A stretch of 64,000 bases of DNA from an uncultured Acidimicrobiia bacterium (GTDB taxonomy: Bacteria; Actinomycetota; Acidimicrobiia; Acidimicrobiales; Ilumatobacteraceae), in NCBI GenBank assembly GCA_963822315.1, contig CAWGHB010000010.1, positions 88,377 to 152,376 on the forward strand, given 5' to 3'. This document shows positions 30,393 through 37,658 of the stretch, piece after piece. Positions within the stretch are counted from its first letter, which is position 1. Each line of letters starts with the position of its first letter. The notes beneath the pieces are model-generated. The model was not told the origin of the DNA and did no database searches. It was given only the letters and a program-made list of their open reading frames with translations. Position numbers and translations under genes: made by a program.

Positions 30393-31058
30393 ATGATCGA
30401 GGTGAGCGAGCGCGTGAGGGTGTTCCTCCTCGACGACCACGAAGTGGTCCGCCGCGGCGTCCGCGATTTGCTGGAGGCCGAGCCGGACATGGTCGTGGTC
30501 GGCGAGGCCAGCACGGAGGACGAAGCGGTCCGGCGGATCCCCGCGGTCGACCCCGACGTGGCCGTGCTCGACGTCCGGCTGCAGGACGGTGACGGCATCA
30601 GCGCCTGCCGTGAGATCCGGTCCCGCCACCCGCGGACGGCCTGCCTGATGCTGACGTCGTTCGGCGACGACGAGGCGCTCTACCAGGCGATCATGGCCGG
30701 CGCCGCGGGGTACGTGCTCAAGCAGATCCGCTCCGGCGACCTCGTCGACGCGGTCAGGCGCGTCGCCGCCGGCGAGCAGTTGCTCGATCCCGCCCTCACG
30801 GCACGGGTGGTGGAGCGGCTCCGGCGGGGACCGGAGGAAGACGAGCTGATCGCCCGGCTCAGCCCTCAGGAGCACCAAGTGCTGACGTTGCTCGCCGACG
30901 GACTGACCAACCGTCAGATCGCCGAGCGCCTGTACCTGGCCGAGAAGACGATCAAGAACTACGTGACGTCGGTGCTGTCGAAGATGGGCATGGCGCGCCG
31001 GACCGAAGCCGCCGTCTACGCGGCACGGCACCTGGACCCGCGACGCGACCCGACGTGA
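30393..31058 (+). CDS. dosR: DosR/DevR-like NarL-family response regulator
   Basis: VRVFLLDDHEVVRRGVRDLL..DVAVLDVRLQDGDGI..LTSFGDDEAL..AGAAGYVLK..LSPQEHQVLTLLADGLTNRQIAERLYLAEKTIKNYVTSVLSKMGMARRTEAAV is collinear with M. tuberculosis DosR as I recall it. The recognition helix AEKTIKNYV compares with AEKTVKNYV. Confidence 0.85.
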   Translation: MIEVSERVRVFLLDDHEVVRRGVRDLLEAEPDMVVVGEASTEDEAVRRIPAVDPDVAVLDVRLQDGDGISACREIRSRHPRTACLMLTSFGDDEALYQAIMAGAAGYVLKQIRSGDLVDAVRRVAAGEQLLDPALTARVVERLRRGPEEDELIARLSPQEHQVLTLLADGLTNRQIAERLYLAEKTIKNYVTSVLSKMGMARRTEAAVYAARHLDPRRDPT

Positions 31059-31094
31059 CGGGCGCGGGCGGGTGGGCGGCGCGCCGTCCGGCCG

Positions 31095-31604
31095 TCACGG
31101 CGCCGGCGGCACGTCGAGCTCGACCTCGACCAACCCGTCGACCACCCGTTGCCGGCACGGCAATCCGCTGTGGTCGAACATCGTGCGCATCCGCCTGTTC
31201 GTCGGCAGCGTCAGGGCGACGAACCGGCGCACCCCGACGGCGCGGGCGCGGTCGGTGAGCCGGTCGAGCAGGACCCCGGCCACGCCTCTCCCCTGCCACG
31301 CGTCGGCGACGACGAATGCCACCTCGGCGACCGCCGGGTCGTCGTCGAGGCGCTCGAAGCGGGCGACGGCGACGATCGTCGCGCCGTCGAGGGCGACCAC
31401 CGCCTCACGCTGCACGTGATCGACGTCGCAGAAGCGGGCGACCTCGGCCGCGCTGAGGTGCGGGTGGGCACCGAAGAACCGGTTGCGCACCGTGACCGCC
31501 GAGAGCCGGTCGTGGAACTGCGCCAGCGCGGCGGCGAAGGAGGGGGCCATCGGCACGATCTGCAGGCGGGCGGTGTCGGCGACGGCGCGCCGCGGCGAGC
31601 TCAT
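31095..31604 (-). CDS. stand-alone Pat-type GNAT (protein lysine acetyltransferase-like)
   Basis: LSAVTVRNRFFGAHPHLSAAEVARFCDVDHVQREAVVAL..AVARFERLDDDPAVAEVAFVVADAWQGRGVAGVLLDRL..NRRMRTMF matches the GNAT domain of Pat/acetyl-CoA-synthetase-like acetyltransferases. ATG 31604 overlaps the upstream stop as ATGA. Confidence 0.7.
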   Translation of the reverse strand: MSSPRRAVADTARLQIVPMAPSFAAALAQFHDRLSAVTVRNRFFGAHPHLSAAEVARFCDVDHVQREAVVALDGATIVAVARFERLDDDPAVAEVAFVVADAWQGRGVAGVLLDRLTDRARAVGVRRFVALTLPTNRRMRTMFDHSGLPCRQRVVDGLVEVELDVPPAP

Positions 31605-32413
31605 CGCGGACCGCCGAAGGTCGGGCCGTCGGCGGGGACGATCAGCACCGGGCACGATGCCTGACGGATCAGCCGGCGGGCCGTGGAGTACCAGTGCGTG
31701 GCGCTCCCGGGCCACCGTGGAGCGGCCACGACGAGCACGCGGCCATGCTCGCGGGAGGTGTCGACCAGCAGCGACGCCGTGTCGGCCGAACGAGGGCGGT
31801 CGACCGCGGCCGCGCACCCGTGCTCGGCGAGTACCGCGCCCGCACGATCGACGTCGTCGGACGGGGGCGCCGAGGCGTCGGCCGGCCACGGATCGGCCGC
31901 GGCGAGGCCGAGGAGGACGACCGTCGTCCCGGCGAACGTGTGGCACCACCGCACGATCACGGGCAGGGCGGCACCGGCCAGTCCCGATCCGTCGATCGGG
32001 ACGACCAGCGTCGCCGGGAGCTCGGTCGGCGCCGCTCCGGGCCCGAGCAGCATCACCGGTTGGACGACGTGCTCGAGCACGTGCTCGACGTCGTCGTCAC
32101 GCAGGCGGTCGGCGGCGGCGCCCCCGCCGAGCGCGTCGATCACCAGCAGGGCGCCGTCGCGGCTGGCCACGTGCTCGGCGATGCCTGCGCCGACCGACCC
32201 GGCGGCCAACGGGACGTGGACGGACCGGCGGGCCGCCGGCCGCAGCAGGTCGGGCTCGTCGTGGCCGTCGGCGTCGAGCTCGGTGACGTCGAGGCCGGCT
32301 GCCGCGAGCCGCCCGATCATGGTGGACACCGCGGTCGTGGGACGTCGGCCGTCGTAGACGGTCACGAGTGAGGCGAACCGGTGGCAGGTCGTCGCACGGG
32401 TCGAGTCGATCAT
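31601..32413 (-). CDS. tandem universal stress protein-like protein
   Basis: ORF 31601..32455, start MIDSTRATT preceded by GGAGGA. LLVIDALGGG..VVQPVMLLGP then VVPIDGS..VLVVAAPRWPGSATHWYSTARRLIRQASCPVLIVP. Confidence 0.75.
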   Translation of the reverse strand: MIDSTRATTCHRFASLVTVYDGRRPTTAVSTMIGRLAAAGLDVTELDADGHDEPDLLRPAARRSVHVPLAAGSVGAGIAEHVASRDGALLVIDALGGGAAADRLRDDDVEHVLEHVVQPVMLLGPGAAPTELPATLVVPIDGSGLAGAALPVIVRWCHTFAGTTVVLLGLAAADPWPADASAPPSDDVDRAGAVLAEHGCAAAVDRPRSADTASLLVDTSREHGRVLVVAAPRWPGSATHWYSTARRLIRQASCPVLIVPADGPTFGGPR

Positions 32414-32446
32414 GGCTCCTCCGGTCGGTTCACGTCCGGGTCGGCG

Positions 32447-32474
32447 ACGTCGCACGTCGCACGTCGCACGTCAG
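32447..32474. repeat. heptamer tandem repeat (ACGTCGC) x3 plus a partial copy
   Basis: ACGTCGC ACGTCGC ACGTCGC ACGTCAG seen directly. Lies between the CoA-transferase stop (32471) and the USP start (32413). Confidence 0.8.
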
Positions 32475-33742
32475 ACATAGCCCAGCTGCCGGGCGCAGTG
32501 ACGCAGGCGGTCCCGGTGGTCGGGGTGGGCGATCCCGATGAGCGCGTGCGCCCGCTCGCGGATCGAACGGCCGCGCAGCTCGGCGACCCCCCACTCGGTG
32601 ACCACCTTGTCGACCGTGTTCTTGAGCGTGGTGACGACGTCCCCCGGCGCCAGTGATGGTGTGATCTTGGAGACACCGCCGTCGGCGGTCGTCGCGTGGA
32701 GCACGACGAAGCCCTGGCCACCGTGCGAGTACAGCGCCCCGCGGGCGAAGTCGGCCTGGCCGCCGCTGGATGAGTAGTAGTGGCCCGCGATCGTCTCCGA
32801 CGCGCATTGTCCGAGCAGGTCGATGCTGAGCGTCGAGTTGATCGACACGAAGGACGGCTCGGTCCCGATCGTGCGAGGGTCGTTGACGTAGCTCACCGGC
32901 CACAGCTCGAGCGCCGTGTTGTCGTCGAGGAACCGGTGCAGGCGGTCGGTGCCCAGCGCGAACGTGCCCACGGCCTTGGTGCGGTTGAGGTGCTTGCGGA
33001 CGCCGGTGACGGCCCCGCACTCGATGAGGTCGACGATGCCGTCCGAGAGCAGCTCGGTGTGCACGCCCAGGTCGCGGTGCCCGGCCAGCGCCGACAGGAT
33101 GGCGTTCGGCGTGGCCCCGATGCCGATCTGGATCGTCGCGCCGTCCGGGATGCGCTCGGCGACGTGGGCGGCGATGCGGGCGTCGACGTCGTCGCTCGGC
33201 ACGGGTGGGACCTCGACGAGCGGGCGATCGACCTCCACCCAGCCTGCGACCTGCGACACGTGCAGCTGGTTGCGACCGAACGTGCGCGGCATCCGGGCGT
33301 TGGCTTCGAGGAAGAACCGCGCCCGGCCGATGAACGACGCGACGTAGTCGGCCGACACCCCGAGGCTGAAGTAGCCGTGGCGGTCGATCGGCGACGCCGC
33401 CGCGAGGACCAGCGGGTCCGTGGTCGTCGCGGTCAGGATGTCCCGCATCTCGGAGAAGTTGCCGGGCACGAGGTCGATGGTCCCGGCCGCGTAGCACGGT
33501 CGGGTGACATGGGACAGGAAGTAGGACCGGTGGCGGATGCGATCGCCGAACGCGCCGTGCAGGGATGGGCGGTCGTGGATGGCGTGCATCTGGTGGATCC
33601 GCAGCCCGTCGAAGTGTTCGGGATGCGCTTCGATGGCGTCGAGCAGGGAGACGGGCTCGCCGTTGGCGAGCGGCACGATGACGTCTCCGTCCCGATGGAC
33701 GTGGTCGAGCACCGCGTCGGGCAAGGTGGCGGGGCGGGGCAT
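32471..33742 (-). CDS. acetyl-CoA hydrolase/transferase family protein (4-hydroxybutyrate/acetate CoA-transferase-like)
   Basis: 423 codons from MPRPATLPDAVLDHV. IQIGIGATPNAILSAL, HTELLSDG, SSSGGQADFARGA (GGQxDF motif). Confidence 0.85.
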   Translation of the reverse strand: MPRPATLPDAVLDHVHRDGDVIVPLANGEPVSLLDAIEAHPEHFDGLRIHQMHAIHDRPSLHGAFGDRIRHRSYFLSHVTRPCYAAGTIDLVPGNFSEMRDILTATTTDPLVLAAASPIDRHGYFSLGVSADYVASFIGRARFFLEANARMPRTFGRNQLHVSQVAGWVEVDRPLVEVPPVPSDDVDARIAAHVAERIPDGATIQIGIGATPNAILSALAGHRDLGVHTELLSDGIVDLIECGAVTGVRKHLNRTKAVGTFALGTDRLHRFLDDNTALELWPVSYVNDPRTIGTEPSFVSINSTLSIDLLGQCASETIAGHYYSSSGGQADFARGALYSHGGQGFVVLHATTADGGVSKITPSLAPGDVVTTLKNTVDKVVTEWGVAELRGRSIRERAHALIGIAHPDHRDRLRHCARQLGYV

Positions 33743-33779
33743 CGGGCGACGGCTCCGGGAGCAGGTCGGGGGCGACCGG

Positions 33780-34655
33780 TCAGGCCGTCCGGAGGGATCC
33801 GGGCACGGTGACGTCGTGGAACGGACGGTGCGGTGCCGCGAGGGGCGCCGCCGGCTGGCGGGCGGTGAGCGGCACCGGCCGCGCCGGGACGACGAGCACC
33901 GGGTGAGCGGCGCGGTGGACGAGCTCCTGCGTGACGCTGTGCCAGTGCCAACGGCCGTCGGTGGCGCGGCCGCTGGTCGCCACGTAGACGGACCCGGTGA
34001 ACCGGTCGGCCAGCGCTTCGAGCCCGGCGACGGTGTCATCGTGGTGCACGAGGTGCGTCGAAACCGGCACGCCGTGGTCGGCCAGGAGCGAGGCCATCGC
34101 GGCGAGCCGACGATCGGCCGCGGCGTCGTCGCCGGCGGCCACGACCTCCGCGAGCTGCGGCACCGTGCCCCGGAACGTCGCCTGCCAGGAGACGATGGTC
34201 GGCACCGAGCGGTCGGCGGCCTCGCCGGCGTCGATGCATGGCACGAGCGTGCTCCCCGGCGGGAACGAGGTGGGGACGTTCGGGCCGATCAGCAGGACCG
34301 GCTGGTCGGTCGTGCGCAGCACGTCCCTCGTCACGCCACCGAAGAAGCTCGACCGGATCGGGGAACGAGCCGACGTCGCCATCAGGAGCAGCGAGTCCGG
34401 GCGACTGGCGGCGTGGTGCACCAGCGCACGGGCCGCGTCGACGTCGTGGACGATGCACCACGCGTCGCTCGTCGAGGCGAACTGCCGGGCCCGACGCTCG
34501 AGCTCCCAACGATCGACGTCATTCGGCAAGCCGGGCTCACAGATCGTGACCAGCTCGACGGTGGCGTTGCCGGTGCTGGCCAGCGCCCGGGCGATCGGCA
34601 ACGCGCGATCGTTGTCCGGCGCGAGGTCCAGCGCCACCACGAGCGTCGTGAACAT
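33780..34655 (-). CDS. tandem universal stress protein
   Basis: MFTTLVVALDLAPDNDRAL preceded by GGAGGA. ..LLLMATSARSPIRSSFFGGVTRDVLRTTDQPVLLIGP, with a second domain ending HSVTQELVHRAAHPVLVVP. Confidence 0.8.
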   Translation of the reverse strand: MFTTLVVALDLAPDNDRALPIARALASTGNATVELVTICEPGLPNDVDRWELERRARQFASTSDAWCIVHDVDAARALVHHAASRPDSLLLMATSARSPIRSSFFGGVTRDVLRTTDQPVLLIGPNVPTSFPPGSTLVPCIDAGEAADRSVPTIVSWQATFRGTVPQLAEVVAAGDDAAADRRLAAMASLLADHGVPVSTHLVHHDDTVAGLEALADRFTGSVYVATSGRATDGRWHWHSVTQELVHRAAHPVLVVPARPVPLTARQPAAPLAAPHRPFHDVTVPGSLRTA

Positions 34656-34715
34656 GGGTTCCTCCGATCGGTCTCGCACACGTCCATGGTGACCCCTCGG
34701 GCCCCGGTTTGGACA

Positions 34716-34729
34716 GGGCCCAACGTCAC
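34716..34729 (-). promoter_or_regulatory. DosR-type operator B4
   Basis: Gene-strand sequence GTGACGTTGGGCCC then T. 61 nt from ATG 34655. -10 hexamer CACCAT 25 nt downstream of the box. Predicted ~24-nt leader with SD. Confidence 0.6.
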
Positions 34730-34754
34730 TCGCCGTCTCGTCCATCGCGGAGGC

Positions 34755-34768
34755 GTGACGTTCGGCCC
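34755..34768 (+). promoter_or_regulatory. DosR-type operator B5
   Basis: GTGACGTTCGGCCC then T. -10 hexamer GACAGT at 34792-34797. Predicted TSS about 34804, followed by GAGGAGG and ATG 34823. Confidence 0.6.
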
Positions 34769-34822
34769 TACAGTCGGCGTGACGGCAGGCCGACAGTGGG
34801 AGTGGACGAGGAGGTACGACGC

Positions 34823-35279
34823 ATGGTGCAACACGACGTCCACGTGCTCGTGGTCTATGAATCGATGTTCGGGAACACGGAGGCCGTCGCCCGGAGCATC
34901 GGCTCTGCTGCGGCGGGCCGTGGCTGCCGGGTCGACGTCGTCGACGTCGGCAGCGCGCCGAGCCACGTCGGTGACGTGCAGCGAGTGGCTGGCCGAGCTC
35001 GCCCGGCCCGAGCGTCCGGTGGTCGCCGCCTGCTTCGACACCCGGATCCGAACGCGGCTGCTCGTCGGTTCGGCGGCGCGGGCCATCAGGCGGCGACTGC
35101 GCCGGCTCGGGTTCGGCGTCGTCGACGTGCGGCGTTTCACCGTCACCGCGACGCCCGGCCCGCTGGCCGACGACGAGCTGCAGCACGCCCAGCGATCGGC
35201 CTCGGCGCTGGTCGACCGCTGTGTCGGCACGACGCCGAGCGCGTCGCCATCAGGCCCGGCCGATGAGCACCGCGTCTGA
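34823..35279 (+). pseudogene. flavodoxin-like protein with out-of-frame internal deletion
   Basis: MVQHDVHVLVVYESMFGNTEAVARSI..VDVGSAPSHVGDV (frame of ORF 34709) jumps at about 34975 to SEWLAELARPERPVVAACFDTRIRTRLLVGSAARAIRRRLRRLGF (frame of ORF 33537..35279). The ~45 residues normally between them (DLLVVGxPTHAFG.. block) are missing. Confidence 0.6.
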
Positions 35280-35778
35280 GCCGAGCCCCAACGTTCCCTC
35301 GCTCGAGGGCTCGCTCGACCCACCCAGCCCACCGGGCTCCGGCGATCGCTCCGAGCCACGTCGTTCGCTCGCTCGAGGATCCGCTCGGCTCCCGTTGGCC
35401 GTCGGTGTCGATCTCTCCCCGGAGTCGGCCGCCGCACTCTCGTACGCGCTCCTGCTGGCCAGCCAGCTGGATCGTCCGGTCGTGGTCGTGCACGCCGTCG
35501 GGCTCCTGGAGGAGGCCGGCGTCCGCCCGCCGCCGGTCCTCGATGCGATCATCGACTCGGCGCGCGCCCGCTCCGGCGCGTTCGACGTCGACGTCAACAT
35601 CGTCGTCGAGGACGGGCCGCCGGCGGCGGTGATCGAGCGGGTGGCCGACCGATCGGGGGCCGAGCTGGTGGTCGTCGGGCGGCGCGGGCTCGGCGACGCG
35701 CCGCAGCCGTTGGGGTCGGTCAGCGAACTGCTGCTGGCGCGGAGCCGGGTCCCGGTCGTCGTGGTGCCGAGCGCCTGA
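35263..35778 (+). CDS. universal stress protein (single domain); start uncertain
   Basis: LAVGVDLSPESAAALSYAL..VVVVHAV..LVVVGRRGLGDAPQPLGSVSELLLARSRVPVVVVP. ATG 35263 would translate two R1 repeat copies. TTG 35395, just after them, is an alternative start. Confidence 0.7.
   Translation: MSTASEPSPNVPSLEGSLDPPSPPGSGDRSEPRRSLARGSARLPLAVGVDLSPESAAALSYALLLASQLDRPVVVVHAVGLLEEAGVRPPPVLDAIIDSARARSGAFDVDVNIVVEDGPPAAVIERVADRSGAELVVVGRRGLGDAPQPLGSVSELLLARSRVPVVVVPSA
35288..35323 (+). repeat. interspersed repeat R1, copy d (diverged)
   Basis: CCAACGTTCCCTCGCTCGAGGGCTCGCTCGACCCAC. Confidence 0.55.
35356..35393 (+). repeat. interspersed repeat R1, copy c
   Basis: CCACGTCGTTCGCTCGCTCGAGGATCCGCTCGGCTCCC. 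In tandem with copy d. Confidence 0.7.
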
Positions 35779-35785
35779 GATCATC

Positions 35786-35799
35786 GGGACGTTCGGCCC
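35786..35799 (+). promoter_or_regulatory. DosR-type operator B6
   Basis: GGGACGTTCGGCCC. Exactly 36 nt from ATG 35835. -10 hexamer CACAGT at 35823-35828. Confidence 0.65.
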
Positions 35800-35834
35800 G
35801 TGCGGCGGGGACGGGGCGGGCGCACAGTCGAGGC

Positions 35835-36143
35835 ATGGAGCACACCTCGCAACCTGATGCCGTCGCCATCCGTGGCGACGATGACCCACTGGCGATGTGG
35901 GGCGCGATCGTCCGCTCGCTACGCCACGTGATCCTGTACGCCGACATCGAGGAGCTCGACCGGTTCGAGCCGATCCGGGACGAAGCCGACCTGGACGCCG
36001 ACGACTTCGTACGTCTCATGCTGGCGGTCGGCGGCGAGACCGGGATCGCCATCCCCGAGGCCGACTACCCCCTCGTCGCCACGCTCGCCGCGCTGGAGGA
36101 CTACCTCAACGACCACGTCCCCGGCACCCTCGACCGGACCTGA
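35835..36143 (+). CDS. acyl-carrier-protein-like small protein lacking the phosphopantetheine serine
   Basis: 102 aa. EPIRDEADLDADDFVRLMLAVGGETGIAIPEADYPLVATLAALEDYL aligns with the ACP pattern ..DLG(L/A)DSL..VEL...E..FGI.IP..D....T...L..Y., with DDF in place of DSL. Confidence 0.5.
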   Translation: MEHTSQPDAVAIRGDDDPLAMWGAIVRSLRHVILYADIEELDRFEPIRDEADLDADDFVRLMLAVGGETGIAIPEADYPLVATLAALEDYLNDHVPGTLDRT

Positions 36144-36203
36144 CGAGCGGCTCCGTCCGTCGGCACTCGCCGGCGGGCGGAGCCCGGACCGCGACCGGGC
36201 CGG

Positions 36204-36671
36204 CTACAGGTAGCCGCCGACCGGGTGTGTCGGGGCGTCGACCGCACCGCGCAGCAGGCGACCGGTGATCGCCTCGACCGGCACGATCATCCATCGGTCC
36301 CGCGGCCCCGGTGCCCACGAGGCGACCTCGACCGTGTCGGCGCCCGCCGGCATCGGCAGCAGCCGTCCGTGGACGACGACGCTCCAGCCGGACCGAGTGC
36401 GCTGGTCGAACATGTCGACTTCGAACATCACGGGCTGCGGAACCGGACCGTCGGCGCGGCTCCCCGCCTGGGTGCGGAACGTGACGATCCCGTCGACGGC
36501 TGTGTAGTTGACCGGCACGATCGCCGGATCGTCGCCGCCGATGACGAGCCGGCCGACGTGCTGCGTGCCCAGCAGGGCGACGCACGTGGAGCGGTCCAGC
36601 GCGAACAGCTCGGCCGGACGCTCCGGTTCGGCGCCGGGCCACGCTGTTCGCTCGATCGAGGTCCCGCTCAT
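36204..36671 (-). CDS. PPOX-like split-barrel protein, paralog 2
   Basis: MSGTSIERTAW..LDRSTCVALLGTQHVGRLVIGGDDPAIVPVNYTAVDGIVTFRTQAGSRA. The ATG shares its A with the upstream TGA (TGATG). The first ~11 codons are encoded by repeat R1 copy e. Confidence 0.7.
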   Translation of the reverse strand: MSGTSIERTAWPGAEPERPAELFALDRSTCVALLGTQHVGRLVIGGDDPAIVPVNYTAVDGIVTFRTQAGSRADGPVPQPVMFEVDMFDQRTRSGWSVVVHGRLLPMPAGADTVEVASWAPGPRDRWMIVPVEAITGRLLRGAVDAPTHPVGGYL

Positions 36672-36672
36672 C
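36639..36672 (+). repeat. interspersed repeat R1, copy e
   Basis: CCACGCTGTTCGCTCGATCGAGGTCCCGCTCATC. Spans the stop/start junction of two PPOX-like genes. Confidence 0.6.
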
Positions 36673-37117
36673 AGACGGTCCGGACAGGATCGGCCCAGAC
36701 CGAGGGCGCAACGACGTCGAAGCTGCGGCCGGTGATCTCGACCGGCTCGATCCGGACGAACCGGTGCTTGGGGCTGGCGTGCCATGGGAACAGCGGCAGA
36801 TCGAGCGCGTCGAGCAGGTCGTCCATGCGCTCGATCTCGACCGCATGGCCCTTCACGACGACGCTCCACGCCGAGTTCCCCGCCGGGTCGAGCCCGTCGA
36901 CCTCGAATGCCACGCCGCGACCGAGCACGGCCGCCGCCAGCTTCGTGCCCTCCGCGGTGCGGAACACGATGCCGCCGCGATCGACGACGTAGTTGAGGGG
37001 GAAGATGTCCGGGTGCTCACGGATCGAGACGGCGAGCCGACCGACGGTCTGCCCGCGCAGGAGCTCGATGCAGGACTCGGTGTCGAGCACCGTGGTGCCG
37101 AGGTGATCGGTGGTCAT
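36671..37117 (-). CDS. PPOX-like split-barrel protein, paralog 3
   Basis: MTTDHLGTTVLDTESCIELLRGQTVGRLAVSIREHPDIFPLNYVVDRGGIVFRTAEGTKL. The ATG overlaps the upstream stop as ATGA. Confidence 0.75.
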   Translation of the reverse strand: MTTDHLGTTVLDTESCIELLRGQTVGRLAVSIREHPDIFPLNYVVDRGGIVFRTAEGTKLAAAVLGRGVAFEVDGLDPAGNSAWSVVVKGHAVEIERMDDLLDALDLPLFPWHASPKHRFVRIEPVEITGRSFDVVAPSVWADPVRTV

Positions 37118-37533
37118 GCCTCAACCATCCGCTTCGGACGGGCCGGCCGCCAGGGCCGAAGGTCCCCGACCGCCTGACGCCCGTGCACGTCGTCCGTGGT
37201 GAGCCGGACGACGGTGCGGTCGGGGTCGGGGAGGCGGGCCCACGGTCGTGGGTGGCTGGCGACGCCCCGCACGGTGACCGTCCACGCCGGCCGCCCGTCG
37301 ACGGCGGGACCCTCGGCCTCGAACGCCACGACGGTGTCGTCCGTGCCGGCGTGGACGTCCGAGCCCGGCCTCGTCTCGATCACGATGCGGTCGTCGTCGT
37401 CGACGTGGAAGTGGACGGGCACGATGGCCGGTCGGTCGTCGACCGGGACGATGACCCGCCCGACGTGGACGTCGCGCAGCGCTCGCAGGCACTCGGCTCG
37501 GGTCAGGACACGCAGGGCCTCATCGGTGGTCAC
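37114..37533 (-). CDS. PPOX-like split-barrel protein, paralog 4
   Basis: GTG start. MTTDEALRVLTRAECLRALRDVHVGRVIVPVDDRPAIVPVHFHVDDDDRIVIETRPGSDV. Confidence 0.7.
   Translation of the reverse strand: MTTDEALRVLTRAECLRALRDVHVGRVIVPVDDRPAIVPVHFHVDDDDRIVIETRPGSDVHAGTDDTVVAFEAEGPAVDGRPAWTVTVRGVASHPRPWARLPDPDRTVVRLTTDDVHGRQAVGDLRPWRPARPKRMVEA
37153..37166 (-). promoter_or_regulatory. DosR-type operator B7 (inside the 3' end of the upstream coding region)
   Basis: Gene-strand sequence GGGACCTTCGGCCC then T. 36 nt from ATG 37117. -10 hexamer GATGGT at -12..-7. Lies within CDS 37114..37533. Confidence 0.6.
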
Positions 37534-37568
37534 ACCTCGATGGTCGCGGGCGACGTCCGACGCAGCAA

Positions 37569-37582
37569 GGGCCCAACGTCCC
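37569..37582 (-). promoter_or_regulatory. DosR-type operator B8
   Basis: Gene-strand sequence GGGACGTTGGGCCC then T. 36 nt from GTG 37533. -10 hexamer GACCAT at -12..-7. Confidence 0.65.
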
Positions 37583-37608
37583 TGGTTCGGCGCGCCCGCC
37601 GGTCGACC

Positions 37609-37622
37609 GGGACCAATGACCC
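37609..37622 (+). promoter_or_regulatory. DosR-type operator B9 (most divergent copy)
   Basis: GGGACCAATGACCC then T. 37 nt from GTG 37659. -10 hexamer CACGCT at 37647-37652. Confidence 0.5.
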
Positions 37623-37658
37623 TGGCGCGGCCGCTCCGCCCGGCCGCACGCTGGTGCG

